A stretch of 64,000 bases of DNA from Candidatus Micrarchaeota archaeon (GTDB lineage: Archaea > Micrarchaeota > Micrarchaeia > Micrarchaeales > CABMGC01): the NCBI GenBank assembly GCA_964419095.1, contig CAYQOG010000001.1:15759-79758 (forward strand), written 5' to 3'. The notes beneath the pieces were generated by a model. It made no database searches. It was not told where the DNA came from and worked only from the letters and a program-made list of their open reading frames with translations. Below are positions 45,507 through 56,400 of this stretch, piece by piece (the first letter of the stretch is position 1; each line of letters begins with the position of its first letter). The translations under genes and the position numbers were made by a program.

Positions 45507-45531
45507 TCCCTCATAAACAACCTGTGTTCGA

Positions 45532-46113
45532 ATGACAAAGCTCATACTCTTTGTTGGCACCCCAGGAGCGGGCAAGTCTACTTTGCTGTCTGCGCTCGAG
45601 AACAAGAAGAAACCCATAGGCATAGTCAATCTCGGCAATGTGATGCTCGATATAGCAAAGAAGAAGACCGGAATGACGGACAGGGAGCAGTTGGGCATGC
45701 GAACCGAGGAAATCATCAAGGCCGACCGTGAGCAGGCGTTCAAGGAGATAATAGAGAAGAAGCAGGACACGATAATAGACACCCACCTCACGATAAAATT
45801 CGGAAGGAGATACATCCCCGGAGTGACGATAAAGGAGCTGGAGCACATAAGGATCAAGGCAATAATCTACATAGACGCCACTGCGAAGGAAATATGGCAG
45901 AGGAGGCACAGCGACCCTGCAAAGATGAACAGGCGCAATGTCGACGACACTGAAGCGGAAATAGACGAGCAGAGGAACATCAATCTTGCCATTCTTTCGT
46001 CATGCGCCATCACCCTCAGCATACCCATTTACATAATCTACAACAGCGATGGTAAGCAGGCTGACGCGCTGATTGAACTGGAGAAGATAGTAAAGGAGCA
46101 CTTCGTCGTGTGA
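45532..46113 (+). CDS. adkA: Adenylate kinase, archaeal type
   Basis: P-loop VGTPGAGKST, ~193 aa, and position upstream of the DUF106 gene as in the archaeal secY-adk cluster. Confidence 0.85.
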   Translation: MTKLILFVGTPGAGKSTLLSALENKKKPIGIVNLGNVMLDIAKKKTGMTDREQLGMRTEEIIKADREQAFKEIIEKKQDTIIDTHLTIKFGRRYIPGVTIKELEHIRIKAIIYIDATAKEIWQRRHSDPAKMNRRNVDDTEAEIDEQRNINLAILSSCAITLSIPIYIIYNSDGKQADALIELEKIVKEHFVV

Positions 46114-46643
46114 AAAGAAAAACGGATGGGATCTTGATAGATTTGGTAATACCTGAACTGGCCGCCATAGCAGTAGTGGACGTGGCCATAACCATCCTGA
46201 TACAGCGCACGATATCCGACGCGGAGAAAATGTACCATCTGCAGCGAAAGCTGAATACGCACATGAAGGACCTCCAGGAAATGTCAAAGAGGAATGCAAG
46301 CCAGACTGAAATGGCGGCCAAGCAGAATGAGATGACGAAGGCTTCAATGGAAAGCATGATGAACCAGATGAAGGCGATGCCCATTCTTTTCCTCGTATCC
46401 GTTTCATTCTACTTCTTCCTCCTTCCATACCTCTTCCCGGCAGGACAGCAGTATACGCTCAATCTGATTGTAACGCAGATAAAGTACAACGGCTTCCAGG
46501 ACAACATCTACTTCATCATATTCACAGTCGTCATAAGCCTGGCAGTTCAGTTTGCGCTCAGGAAGAGGGACGAGCGGGTCTTCGGACAGAAATACCGGGA
46601 CATTGAGGCGGCAAACAACGCCAATGCCCCCAAATCCCAATGA
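46110..46643 (+). CDS. DUF106-family membrane protein (archaeal YidC/Oxa1/EMC3-like insertase)
   Basis: TM, then a cytoplasmic coiled coil (KMYHLQRKLNTHMKDLQEM...QNEMTKASMESMMNQMK), then TMs. Conserved adk-DUF106 synteny. GTG start overlaps the adk stop. Confidence 0.7.
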   Translation: MKRKTDGILIDLVIPELAAIAVVDVAITILIQRTISDAEKMYHLQRKLNTHMKDLQEMSKRNASQTEMAAKQNEMTKASMESMMNQMKAMPILFLVSVSFYFFLLPYLFPAGQQYTLNLIVTQIKYNGFQDNIYFIIFTVVISLAVQFALRKRDERVFGQKYRDIEAANNANAPKSQ

Positions 46644-46684
46644 AAGGATACCACGTTATATACGCGTGACGAGCAAATGATATC

Positions 46685-47380
46685 ATGCATGCTAGTTATT
46701 CTGTCCAAGTCAAGGATCTCGAGAAGACCTACAGGTCGGGAGACATCGTTGTCAGGGCGCTTGAAGGCGTATCATTCTCGCTAAAGGAAGGCGAGTTCGC
46801 AGCGATAGTGGGCCCCTCGGGCAGCGGAAAGTCAACACTCATGAACATACTCGGCACCATAGACAAGCCGACCGGCGGAGAAGTATACATAGGCGGCGTG
46901 GCCACGTCGAGGATGAACGGGAGTGCGCTAGCTGAGTTCAGGAACAAGAAGCTCGGTTTCGTATTTCAGGCATACAACCTCATAGTGGGGCTGAACGCGG
47001 AAGAGAACGTGGAGCTGCCTCTGATGGCGACATCCATGTCGAACGAGGAAAGGAGGGAAAGATCAGGCAGGATACTCACGACACTTGGCCTCGCCGACAG
47101 GCTGAAGCAGAAGCCCACGCAGCTCAGCGGCGGGCAGCAGCAGAGAGTGGCAATAGCAAGGGCTCTGGTCAACGAACCCGCGCTCATCCTTGCCGATGAG
47201 CCAACAGGGAACCTCGACACGCATTCCGGCGATGAAGTTATCAAGCTCCTAAGGGAGATAAGCAGGAAGAGGAAAGTCACTATAGTCATGGTTACTCATA
47301 ATCCGGACATAACGAAGTATTGTGATAGGGTAATACACATACGCGATGGAAGGATAGAGAAACAGGAGGTTGTGAAATGA
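46685..47380 (+). CDS. ABC transporter ATP-binding protein (MacB/LolD/FtsE-like)
   Basis: Walker [10 protein letters not shown], signature [15 protein letters not shown], Walker [13 protein letters not shown]. Confidence 0.92.
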   Translation: MHASYSVQVKDLEKTYRSGDIVVRALEGVSFSLKEGEFAAIVGPSGSGKSTLMNILGTIDKPTGGEVYIGGVATSRMNGSALAEFRNKKLGFVFQAYNLIVGLNAEENVELPLMATSMSNEERRERSGRILTTLGLADRLKQKPTQLSGGQQQRVAIARALVNEPALILADEPTGNLDTHSGDEVIKLLREISRKRKVTIVMVTHNPDITKYCDRVIHIRDGRIEKQEVVK

Positions 47381-48624
47381 AAATATCGAACTCAATTGCA
47401 GTGGCGGCTTCGCTTATAATGCTTTTTGCGGCGCTGGTCGCGGCAGGCACAAGCGGGCCGTCGCCGGTACCCGCCCCGCCAGGATACACGCTCAGCACCA
47501 ATGCCACAGTATTGTGCAGAGGCATAACCAACTATATACCAATAACTGTGACAAACCACGGATCGGGAAGCATAGGATCGATGCAGGACGTGATGCTCAG
47601 CCTGAACAACCCCAAAGGTGTCTATTCCACAACGCTCAACGCCGGCACAATACCTGCCAACGCTACGGATACCTTCGAGATGCCTGTGTTTGTGTATGCT
47701 AACGCGTCGCTTTTCGTGCCCGCTGGAATAACGATAAACTATTACTACTATGTGCTCTACACCGACAACGAGGTGAAGAATGTCAGCTTCACGGTCAGGT
47801 CATGCCCGCAGCCATTGGCCGCAACAGTCTCTCCCAAGATAATAACTGCGGGGGCTATAGAGAACCTGACCGTTAACATAACAAACACAGGATCCGAGAC
47901 GCTCAATGCAATCTCGGTTTCCATGGCCATGCCTTCAGCAGACGCCGTGCTCCTGAGCGCCCAGCCTGTCGAAATAAACTCTATAGGGCCGCATAGCAGC
48001 ATAATGCTCAACCAGCGCGTCTATGTATCAAGGAATGCGTCAGAGAGTTTCCCCGACAACCTGACCATAAATTATTACAATGGAAGCACGCTGAGCCAGG
48101 CATCGAACTACACGCAGCTGCTTACAACGGGAATAATAAACATAACATCGTCGAGCCTCACGCTCTCGCCCAGCACTCCTTCTCCAGGCAGCATATTCTC
48201 GATATCGCTTGTGCTGACTAACACTGGCACATCGTCAGCGTCAGCAGTGACTGCAGCGATAGTCCCTACAAGGGGATTCTCCCCATACAGCGGCAATTCC
48301 GTATTCGTGGGCAGCATAGGCGCTGACAGCCAGGTGCCTGTGACGCTTACGCTGACATCGTCTCCAGATACGCAGAACGGAGTCTACAGCATACCGATAA
48401 GGATAAACTATCTCAACAGCATCAGGCAGAACGTGAGCCAGGAGATAACCGTACCGGTGAGACTCGCCATGGCCGGAGCATTCAACGCCTCGAATCTCAC
48501 TAAGGCCTATACGACCCGCGCTTCTGGAAGCGGACTCATATCCCTGCTGCTGATAATCATAATCATAGTACTCCTGATCCTGTATTACAGGGAGAGAAAG
48601 AAGAACAGGAGGCATGTTAAATGA
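47377..48624 (+). CDS. Extracellular repeat protein (CARDB/COG1361-like) with signal peptide and C-terminal TM anchor, encoded inside the ABC operon
   Basis: Signal-like N-terminus. Repeated ...ITVTNHGSG / VNITNTGSE / LVLTNTGTS modules. About 20 N-x-S/T sequons. TM LISLLLIIIIIVLLILYY. ATGA and ATGx overlaps with both neighbours. Confidence 0.6.
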   Translation: MKISNSIAVAASLIMLFAALVAAGTSGPSPVPAPPGYTLSTNATVLCRGITNYIPITVTNHGSGSIGSMQDVMLSLNNPKGVYSTTLNAGTIPANATDTFEMPVFVYANASLFVPAGITINYYYYVLYTDNEVKNVSFTVRSCPQPLAATVSPKIITAGAIENLTVNITNTGSETLNAISVSMAMPSADAVLLSAQPVEINSIGPHSSIMLNQRVYVSRNASESFPDNLTINYYNGSTLSQASNYTQLLTTGIINITSSSLTLSPSTPSPGSIFSISLVLTNTGTSSASAVTAAIVPTRGFSPYSGNSVFVGSIGADSQVPVTLTLTSSPDTQNGVYSIPIRINYLNSIRQNVSQEITVPVRLAMAGAFNASNLTKAYTTRASGSGLISLLLIIIIIVLLILYYRERKKNRRHVK

Positions 48625-49916
48625 GACCGGACAACCTTCTCTGGCTCAGCTTCAAGGACCTGACAGAGAAGAAAGTAAGGACCGCGCTTACCATACTCAT
48701 GGTCATGATAGGCGTAGCCTCGATAGTCGCATTGACATCGCTCACCGCCGGCATAAGCGCCAGTGTCCAGAGTTCACTCAACACACTGGGACCCACCTCG
48801 ATAATACTCAGCGGTCCGAAAGGATTCACGGTAACTGATACGGCGCAGCTTTCGTCGCTTCCCAATATCAGTACGATAATACCTGTCATAGAAGGATCAG
48901 GCTACATACTCGCAAACGGACAGAACACATCAATTACCATAGTGGGCATATCTACCGCAGGATTGGAGAACCTGCTAAGCGGCATAAACCTCTACCAAGG
49001 CGCAATGTACCAGGACTCAATCGCGCCGCTTGCGGTTGTGGGCCAGCAGGTCGCGTTTCCAACATCGCTGGCAGGGATGCAGAACTTCCAGGTCGGATAC
49101 CCTGCCACGATATACACTGGCAGAAGCGGCCAGAGCACCACGATATCCGTAGTTGGCATACTCCAATCCTATTCAAGCCTGATAGTCCCGATAAACACCG
49201 CGGTGATAATGTCTTTGCCTGCAGCAGAGCTACTGCTCCACAGAACAACATACAGCGCCATACTCGTAAAGGCGAGCAACACCTCAACCGTAAATAATGT
49301 GGCGCAGCAGATAACAAACATCTACGGGAGCTCTGTAACGGTAACAACAACACAGCAGATTGCGCAGACGGCAGCCTCGATAATAGGCTCGATAACAATA
49401 CTGCTTGTCATAATCGCCGGAATCTCGCTCCTCGTTGCAGCTATAGGCATAATGAACATAATGCTCATCTCCGTTTATGAGAGAACCCACGACATAGGCA
49501 TATTCAAGTCGATAGGCTTCAGGAACCGCGATATACTCATGATATTCCTGGTTCAGGCGATGATAATCGGGGTAGCAGGAGGGATAGTCGGCATAGCAGT
49601 AGGCGGCGCTGCAGGATACGGGCTTGCATTCCTATCAAATCACGCTTCTGCAGCAAGCAACTCCACCACAGGCCCAAGCTCTTCAGCATCTGCGGGTACT
49701 GGGCCAAGAGGCGGAGGCACGGCCTTTGTAGCAGGTGGCAGAGCCACCGCCTCAAGTTCCTCGTCATCCTCTTCGGTATCATTCCAGCCTGTCTTCCAAC
49801 CCGCAACGATACTCCTCGCAATGTTCGTCGCAGTGATGGTTAGCGCGATAGCGGGAGTGTATCCTGCATGGCGCGCCTCGAAGCTGGAGCCGATAGAGGC
49901 GCTTAGGCAGCTCTAG
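48621..49916 (+). CDS. ABC transporter permease (FtsX/MacB family)
   Basis: N-terminal TM, a large extracytoplasmic domain, then a C-terminal FtsX 3-TM module (ERTHDIGIFKSIGF...AGVYPAWRASKLEPIEALR). Confidence 0.85.
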   Translation: MRPDNLLWLSFKDLTEKKVRTALTILMVMIGVASIVALTSLTAGISASVQSSLNTLGPTSIILSGPKGFTVTDTAQLSSLPNISTIIPVIEGSGYILANGQNTSITIVGISTAGLENLLSGINLYQGAMYQDSIAPLAVVGQQVAFPTSLAGMQNFQVGYPATIYTGRSGQSTTISVVGILQSYSSLIVPINTAVIMSLPAAELLLHRTTYSAILVKASNTSTVNNVAQQITNIYGSSVTVTTTQQIAQTAASIIGSITILLVIIAGISLLVAAIGIMNIMLISVYERTHDIGIFKSIGFRNRDILMIFLVQAMIIGVAGGIVGIAVGGAAGYGLAFLSNHASAASNSTTGPSSSASAGTGPRGGGTAFVAGGRATASSSSSSSSVSFQPVFQPATILLAMFVAVMVSAIAGVYPAWRASKLEPIEALRQL

Positions 49917-49957
49917 CACATTTATAAAACCAGAAAGAGAATAACAACGGTGGACGC

Positions 49958-50533
49958 ATGGACGACCAATTTAAGATAGACAAGGCAAAGACGGCACTCG
50001 TGATTATAGACCTGCAGAAGGGCATATCTTCAAGAGAGACAAAGCCTTATGCGGCGCAGGAAGTTATAGCGAACGCGGCGAAGATGCTTGCATCATTCAG
50101 GAAAAACTCCATGAAGACATTCCTGGTCCATGTGGAAGGCACGCCAGAAACGATGCTCAAGGCAATCGCTGACGAGAGCTGGTCCAGGCCGGCGAACACT
50201 CCAAGCGACTGGGCTGATTTTGTTGCCGAGATTGCTCCCAATGCAACGGATGTCGTGATAAACAAGAGGCAGTGGGGCGCTTTCTACGGCACGGACCTGG
50301 AGCTCAGGCTGAGGCGAGGAGGCATTGAGACGATTGTGCTCTGCGGCATAGCCACGGATTATGGCGTAGAGAGCACCGCGAGGTTCGCGTACGAGTACGG
50401 CTTCCAGCAGATATTCGCCGAAGACGCCATGGCCTCAATGACAGAGGAGCAGCACAATTCGGCCATAAAATACGTATTCAGGAGGATGGGCAGGGTGAGG
50501 AAGACAGAGGAGATACTCAAGGCCCTCCGGTGA
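49958..50533 (+). CDS. Isochorismatase-family cysteine hydrolase
   Basis: TALVIIDLQKG, INKRQWGAFYGTDLELRLRRGGIETIVLCGIATDYGVEST (catalytic Cys in LCGIAT). Confidence 0.85.
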   Translation: MDDQFKIDKAKTALVIIDLQKGISSRETKPYAAQEVIANAAKMLASFRKNSMKTFLVHVEGTPETMLKAIADESWSRPANTPSDWADFVAEIAPNATDVVINKRQWGAFYGTDLELRLRRGGIETIVLCGIATDYGVESTARFAYEYGFQQIFAEDAMASMTEEQHNSAIKYVFRRMGRVRKTEEILKALR

Positions 50534-50642
50534 CGCAACCGCAACTAATAAATACATTAATAGTCAATAGTAAAAACATAATTCTAGAAGGATTAGTTAT
50601 CAGTTAGATAATTCAATTTCTGGAACGGAAAAAGGTGTAAAT

Positions 50643-50966
50643 TTGCCAAAACCAATGCACAGGTCCCACAGTTTCAGGCGCTTGGACAGGGTAACCCCAA
50701 GCAACAGGCATGTGATTCACTACGAGAGGAGAAGGGGAGCAATGCCTCATTGCGCAATCTGCAAGGCCGAGTTGAACGGCATAAGCTCGACGAAGGGAAG
50801 GGCCAAGTCCAGAAAGTCCAACTCAAGGCTCTTCGGCGGAGTGCTCTGCTCAAGATGCACGAGCAACGTCATAAAGCTAGCCAGCAGAATAGAGCACGGG
50901 GAGATGCGCCTCAATGACATAGGCATAACCCAGAGGAACTACGTGCTTCAGATGATCTCACACTGA
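50643..50966 (+). CDS. rpl34e: Ribosomal protein L34e
   Basis: RSHSFRRLDRVTPSNRHVIHYERRR...CAICKAELNG. Start is TTG 50643 or ATG 50655. Confidence 0.85.
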   Translation: MPKPMHRSHSFRRLDRVTPSNRHVIHYERRRGAMPHCAICKAELNGISSTKGRAKSRKSNSRLFGGVLCSRCTSNVIKLASRIEHGEMRLNDIGITQRNYVLQMISH

Positions 50967-50979
50967 TTGAGACGAGCGC

Positions 50980-51558
50980 ATGAAGGCCATAATCATATCA
51001 GGCATGCCCGCTGCAGGCAAGACCACAGTAGCAGGCATACTGGGGAAGAAGCTCAACCTTCCAGTAATAGGCGGAGGGGAGATTCTGAAGGAAATGGCAG
51101 TGGACCGCGGCTACAAGCCGGGGGGAGAGAACTGGTGGGACACCGCAGACGGCATAAAGTTCCTCAGGGAAAGGGAGACGAATCCGGACTTCGACAAGGA
51201 AGTCGATGCGAGACTCGCAAAGAGAATAGACCGGGGTAACATCATAATAACAAGCTACACCGCGCCGTGGCTCTCGAAGGACGGCTTCAAGATCTGGCTC
51301 GACGCCGGAGAGAAGAACAGGGCGGAAAGAATGTCAAAGAGGGACAGAACCAACATACAGGAAACGCTCAAGACGACGAAGATAAGGGATGACGAGAATT
51401 ACAAGCTCTACAAGAAGCTCTACAACATGGAGTTCGGAAGGGACAAGGTGCCCTTCGACATGGTGGTGGAGACGAACAGCATACCTGCTGAAAAGGTCGC
51501 GGAATTGATACTTGAGAAGCTGAAGAAGCTCAACATAATCGACGCTAAAAACAATTGA
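50980..51558 (+). CDS. cmk: Cytidylate kinase, archaeal type
   Basis: P-loop ISGMPAAGKTTVA, ~190 aa, and the conserved L34e-cmk-L14e order. Confidence 0.8.
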   Translation: MKAIIISGMPAAGKTTVAGILGKKLNLPVIGGGEILKEMAVDRGYKPGGENWWDTADGIKFLRERETNPDFDKEVDARLAKRIDRGNIIITSYTAPWLSKDGFKIWLDAGEKNRAERMSKRDRTNIQETLKTTKIRDDENYKLYKKLYNMEFGRDKVPFDMVVETNSIPAEKVAELILEKLKKLNIIDAKNN

Positions 51559-51568
51559 GATGATTTGA

Positions 51569-51805
51569 ATGGCACTTGTAGAAGTAGGAAGAGTATGCAT
51601 AAAGAAGAACGGAAGGGACGCGGGCAACAAGGCAGTGATAACGAAGGTTATAGACGCCAATTACGTCAGCATTGTCACCTCAACGAGGCTCAAGCAGAGG
51701 AAGTCCAACATAAAGCACCTCGAGTTCCTTGCGGAGAAGATAGATCCGTCGAGCAAGAGCGATCTTGCGAAGGCCCTGGAAGTCGAGGCCTCGAAGATAA
51801 AGTGA
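51569..51805 (+). CDS. rpl14e: Ribosomal protein L14e
   Basis: KOW-like VEVGRVCIKKNGRDAGNKAVITKVID, 78 aa. Confidence 0.85.
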   Translation: MALVEVGRVCIKKNGRDAGNKAVITKVIDANYVSIVTSTRLKQRKSNIKHLEFLAEKIDPSSKSDLAKALEVEASKIK

Positions 51806-51924
51806 GTCCGTATCAAATTCTCCGGCCTGATGTCTTAAGCATTATATACCAATAGCACCAATGTATTCCTGCAAACTCTCGGGAGCGTCAAAACTCCCGC
51901 TTTCCTGGCGGAAGAGGTGAGGAT

Positions 51925-53442
51925 GTGACTGATGCTATACTAGTTGTGGACCTTGCAAACAGGCTTAGTGGCAAGGTAATAATCAGCTCCGACATAACCG
52001 ACGAAGACCTCAAAGGATTCGACATAGAGGCGCTTGCGGGACAGATAGTATCTCATTTTGAGGGAAAGGAAGGGGCAAAACTGCTCGATGCCAAAACGCT
52101 GAAGGAGATAACTGGCGCAGTGCCGGTTGAAAAGGCTCCCATACAAGTTGAAGTGATACGCCCAAGCGGCTACAAGCCCGCAGCCAAGGATGTTGAGGCC
52201 GATTACAGGATAAGGAGCGTGGAAATAGACATGGCATCATCGAATGTGGGCGTATTCACCGATTATTTCAACGACCGGTTCAGGAAGATGCGCGAATTCT
52301 TCGGCAATTCGAGGGGGACAAGCCTCGGCAGCATGCTGAACAGCATAGACAGCGTAAAGCAGTACACGTCAGGAAGGGAGGTCAGCGTACTGGGCATGGT
52401 CTACGACAAGATAATAACGAAGAACGGGCACCTGCTCCTCACGATAGAGGATGAGACCGGCACTGCAAAGATCCTTTTCATCAAGCCATCGAAGGAGAGC
52501 AGCAGGGACCAGATAGACCTGTTCGAATCTTCAAAGAAAATAGTATCCGACGAGACAATAGCGATAAGGGGGAAGATATCCGGACCTTTCATAATAGCAA
52601 ACACTATCCTATGGCCGGACATACCAATAAGATCGAGAAAAGCCACGGAAGACGACCTTGCAATAGCATTCCTCTCTGACATACATGTGGGAAGCAAGCT
52701 CTTCCAGGAGAAACAGTTCGGCAAATTCCTCTCATGGCTCAATGGAGACCTTGACTACAACAAGGAGTTGGCCGGAAAGGTGAAGTATGTCATTGCAGCC
52801 GGAGACCTTGTGGACGGAATAGGCGTATACCCAAACCAGGACAAGGAATTGGCGATAACTGACATATACGAGCAGTATTCAGTGCTGCTCGACTACATGT
52901 CTGCCATACCTGATTACATACACGTATTCCTGCTCCCCGGCAATCATGACGCGGTGAGAAGGGCCGAGCCCCAGCCCCCACTCGGAGAGGAGCTTATAGG
53001 AAAATTCAGGAGGAGCAACATACACTTCGTATCTGATCCTGGCTACGTCACTGTAAACGGGCTTAAGATATTGGGGTATCACGGCACATCGCTCGATTCG
53101 ATAATACAGGGCATCAACGGATGCAGCTACAGCCATCCTGAAGGGGCAATGACAGAAGTTCTTAAGAGGAGGCACCTCTCTCCAATCTACGGCGACAACC
53201 CGATTGTGCCTTCGAAACGCGACCACATGGTGATAGACGAGGTGCCCGACATACTGCATATGGGCCATGTCCACAAGAACGGCTATTCGGATTACCATGG
53301 GACATTGATAGTGAACAGCGGCACTTGGCAGGCGCGAACGGCATACCAGGTGAAACTTGGGCATCTCCCCTCGCCGGCGATGCTGCCCGTCTATGAAACG
53401 AAGAGCATGATACTGTCCGCTGTCGACTTCAACACGAACTGA
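51925..53442 (+). CDS. polB: DNA polymerase II (PolD) small subunit DP1
   Basis: OB domain plus calcineurin-like phosphodiesterase motifs (FLSDIHVGS, AGDLVDG, LLPGNHD, GYHG, HMGHVH). GTG start after GAGGTGA. Confidence 0.93.
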   Translation: MTDAILVVDLANRLSGKVIISSDITDEDLKGFDIEALAGQIVSHFEGKEGAKLLDAKTLKEITGAVPVEKAPIQVEVIRPSGYKPAAKDVEADYRIRSVEIDMASSNVGVFTDYFNDRFRKMREFFGNSRGTSLGSMLNSIDSVKQYTSGREVSVLGMVYDKIITKNGHLLLTIEDETGTAKILFIKPSKESSRDQIDLFESSKKIVSDETIAIRGKISGPFIIANTILWPDIPIRSRKATEDDLAIAFLSDIHVGSKLFQEKQFGKFLSWLNGDLDYNKELAGKVKYVIAAGDLVDGIGVYPNQDKELAITDIYEQYSVLLDYMSAIPDYIHVFLLPGNHDAVRRAEPQPPLGEELIGKFRRSNIHFVSDPGYVTVNGLKILGYHGTSLDSIIQGINGCSYSHPEGAMTEVLKRRHLSPIYGDNPIVPSKRDHMVIDEVPDILHMGHVHKNGYSDYHGTLIVNSGTWQARTAYQVKLGHLPSPAMLPVYETKSMILSAVDFNTN

Positions 53443-56400
53443 ATGATCAAAATGGACAACGATGAATACTTCAAGGCGCTCTCTGACGAGTTCTCAGTAG
53501 CGTATGGGCTCGCGAACAAAGCCAGAGCCAAGGGATTCGACCCGAAAGAATACGTGGAGATAAAGCCGGCGCCTGATCTCGCCAGCAGGGTTGAAGGGCT
53601 TACTGCAATAGACGGCATCGCAGAGGTGATAAGGAGAAATTTCACCGGCCAGTCGAGAAGCAAGCTCGCCTTCAGCGTTGTCAAGGAGATGTGCACAGAC
53701 CCCCAATCAGAGAAGAACGACAAGTTCAAGAGGATCGAGACTGCCGTGAGGGTGGGCAGTGCGATATTGACTGAAGGCATACTCGTGGCCCCAACTGAAG
53801 GCATACAAGCCGTAAGGGGCTACAAGAACGGAGACGGGACTGAATATGTGGCGGTGGTCTATGCAGGGCCTATAAGGGGAGCAGGTGGAACCGCAGCAGC
53901 TCTGTCTGTAGCGCTTGCAGATTATGCGCGCCGATTCTTCAGCATAGGCCCATACAAACCGACCATGGACGACATCGAGCGCTATGTGGAGGAGGCAGAA
54001 CTTTATCACACAAGGGCCGCAAGGCTTCAATACCGCCCAAGTGATGATGATATAAGGGTGATAGCTAGCAACTGCCCCATATGCATAGACGGAGTCCCAA
54101 CTGAAAAAATAGAGGTAGCAATACACGGAAACCTGACGCGGCTGGAGCTTGATGGAAAGGAAGTCGCAATCACAAATAGGGTCAGGGGAGGAATTTCGCT
54201 GGTTGTGTGCGAAGGAATAGCGCAGAAGGCAAAGAAGGTGCTCAAGGAAGTCAAGGCTTTCGGGCTGGATTGGGACTGGCTCAACAAGATAATCAAGGTC
54301 GAAGTGAAAAAAGTCGAAAGCAACAAGAACACCAGCTTATTCCTCGATGATTTGGCGGCAGGCAGGCCTATCCTCGCCTACCCTGGATACATGGGGGGAT
54401 TCAGATTGCGCTACGGAAGGAGCAGGTTCACCGGCATAGCGGCAAAGGGCGTCAGCCCTGCGACCATGATACTCACAATGGGTTTCATAGCGACTGGAAC
54501 GCAGATGAAGATCGAGATGCCTGGAAAGGGATGCGTGGCACTGCCAGTGGACTCTATAGAAGGTCCATTCGTGAAATTGAGAAATGGCAGTGCGATGCGT
54601 GTAAACGACGCTGAGACGGCCAACAAGATAAAGGATGAAGTAGAGGAAATAATATCGCTGGGCGACATACTCGTCACATACGGCGATTTCAGAAAATCCA
54701 ACACTCCGCTCCAGCCCACGAGCTATGTGGAGGAATTGTGGTCCGCGCAGCTGGCCGAGAAAGGGTATTCAAAGAATACGGATCACCAGCAGATAACATT
54801 CGAGGAAGCATACGAAATTTCCTTGGAGTACGGAGTGCCTATGCATCCCAAATTCCTCTTCGAGTTCCAGGCTGCAAGCAAAGAGACCCTTGCTGAGATA
54901 ACCCTTGCGATAATCAGGAGCGGCAAGATTACCGCGGATAGGCTCTCGAAAGTCGATCTGCTTCAGATGGGTCTTGCAGCCGACTCAAAGAGGGCTCTTG
55001 AGCTGATGTGCGTGCCTCACGATTATGCAGATGGCACAGTTTCGATCAAGAAGGATTATGCGCAGGCGCTTCTTTCATGCCTCGGTTTCGTTTCGGGAAA
55101 GGAAGGCACCATAAATGTCAACGAACTTGTTCTGGACAAGTTCTCATCTCCTGCAACCGACACAATAGCCCTGGTAAACAGCATAGCCCCATTCGCGGTA
55201 ATGAAAAGATCCACATTCATAGGCGCAAGGATAGGAAGGCCGGAGAAAGCGCGAGAGCGATTGATGAAACCCTCGCCCAACGTCCTCTTCCCGATAGGCT
55301 ATTACGGCGGAAAGGACAGGAATGTATCCTCTGCATATGCCATCGATGCAAAGAAGTTCAAGTCGGGGCTAAAATCCGAAATAGCAAGGTACAGGTGCCC
55401 GGGCTGCAAGCTGATCATAGAGACAAGGTACTGCTACGATTGCGCCAAGCGCGCCTACATAGAGAGCAAATGCCCGGGCTGCGGAAGGATCACCTCAAGC
55501 GATAAATGCGAGAACTGCGGAACTACGCCCACAGTCTATGAAGAGCGCGATGTCAACCTCGCGAAAATGGTATCAAACGCGCTGAAGACGCTCCGGGTCT
55601 CGAAGATGCCTGACCTGATAAAAGGCGTCAAAGGCCTAACCAACGAGGGAAGAATAGCAGAACCATTGGAGAAGGGAATACTCAGGTCAATGTACCACGT
55701 CCACATGTTTAAGGACGGCACCGCGCGTTTCGACGCTACAGATGCGCCTCTTACGCACTTCTACCCGTCAGAGATAGGAGTGGGCGTGGAGAAGCTGCGC
55801 AGCCTCGGGTACACAAAGGATTATCTTGGGAACGAATTGACCGATACAGGCCAACTGGTGGAGATGCGCCATCAGGACGTGGTGCTCAACAAGAGGGGCC
55901 TCGAGAACATGCTGCAGATAGCAAAGTTCACCGACGACCTGCTCGAAAGGTTCTACAAGCTGCCCCGATTCTACAACGCCGTATATGCCCAGGACATGAT
56001 AGGGGCTTTGGTTATATCACTCTCGCCGCACACCTCGTGCGGAGTGCTCAACAGGATAATAGGATTTACATCTGCGAATGTAGGATTCGCGCATCCCTAC
56101 ATAATATCCGCAAGGAGAAGGAACTGCGACGGAGACGAGGACACGACAATGCTGCTGATGGACGCGCTGATAAACTTCTCAAAGGACTACCTTCCCCAGA
56201 GCGTGGGAGGGACCATGGATACGCCGCTGATATTGACCCTGAATGTAAAGCCTGACGAGGTTGACGACGAAGTCCACGCCATGGAGGTTGTAAAGGCTTA
56301 CCCTCTCTCATTCTACAACAAGACCTACGATTATGCATCGCCTTCAGAGGCCGAGCTTGAGCTCGTGGAGAACAGGTTGCGCGATAAGAGCGTATACTAC

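Noticed and set aside
51880-51899. Perfect 6-bp hairpin CGGGAG-CGTCAAAA-CTCCCG between rpl14e and the PolD operon.
   Set aside because: It is short, has no adjacent T-run, and would occur by chance at this window size. It could be a UTR element but is unsupported.
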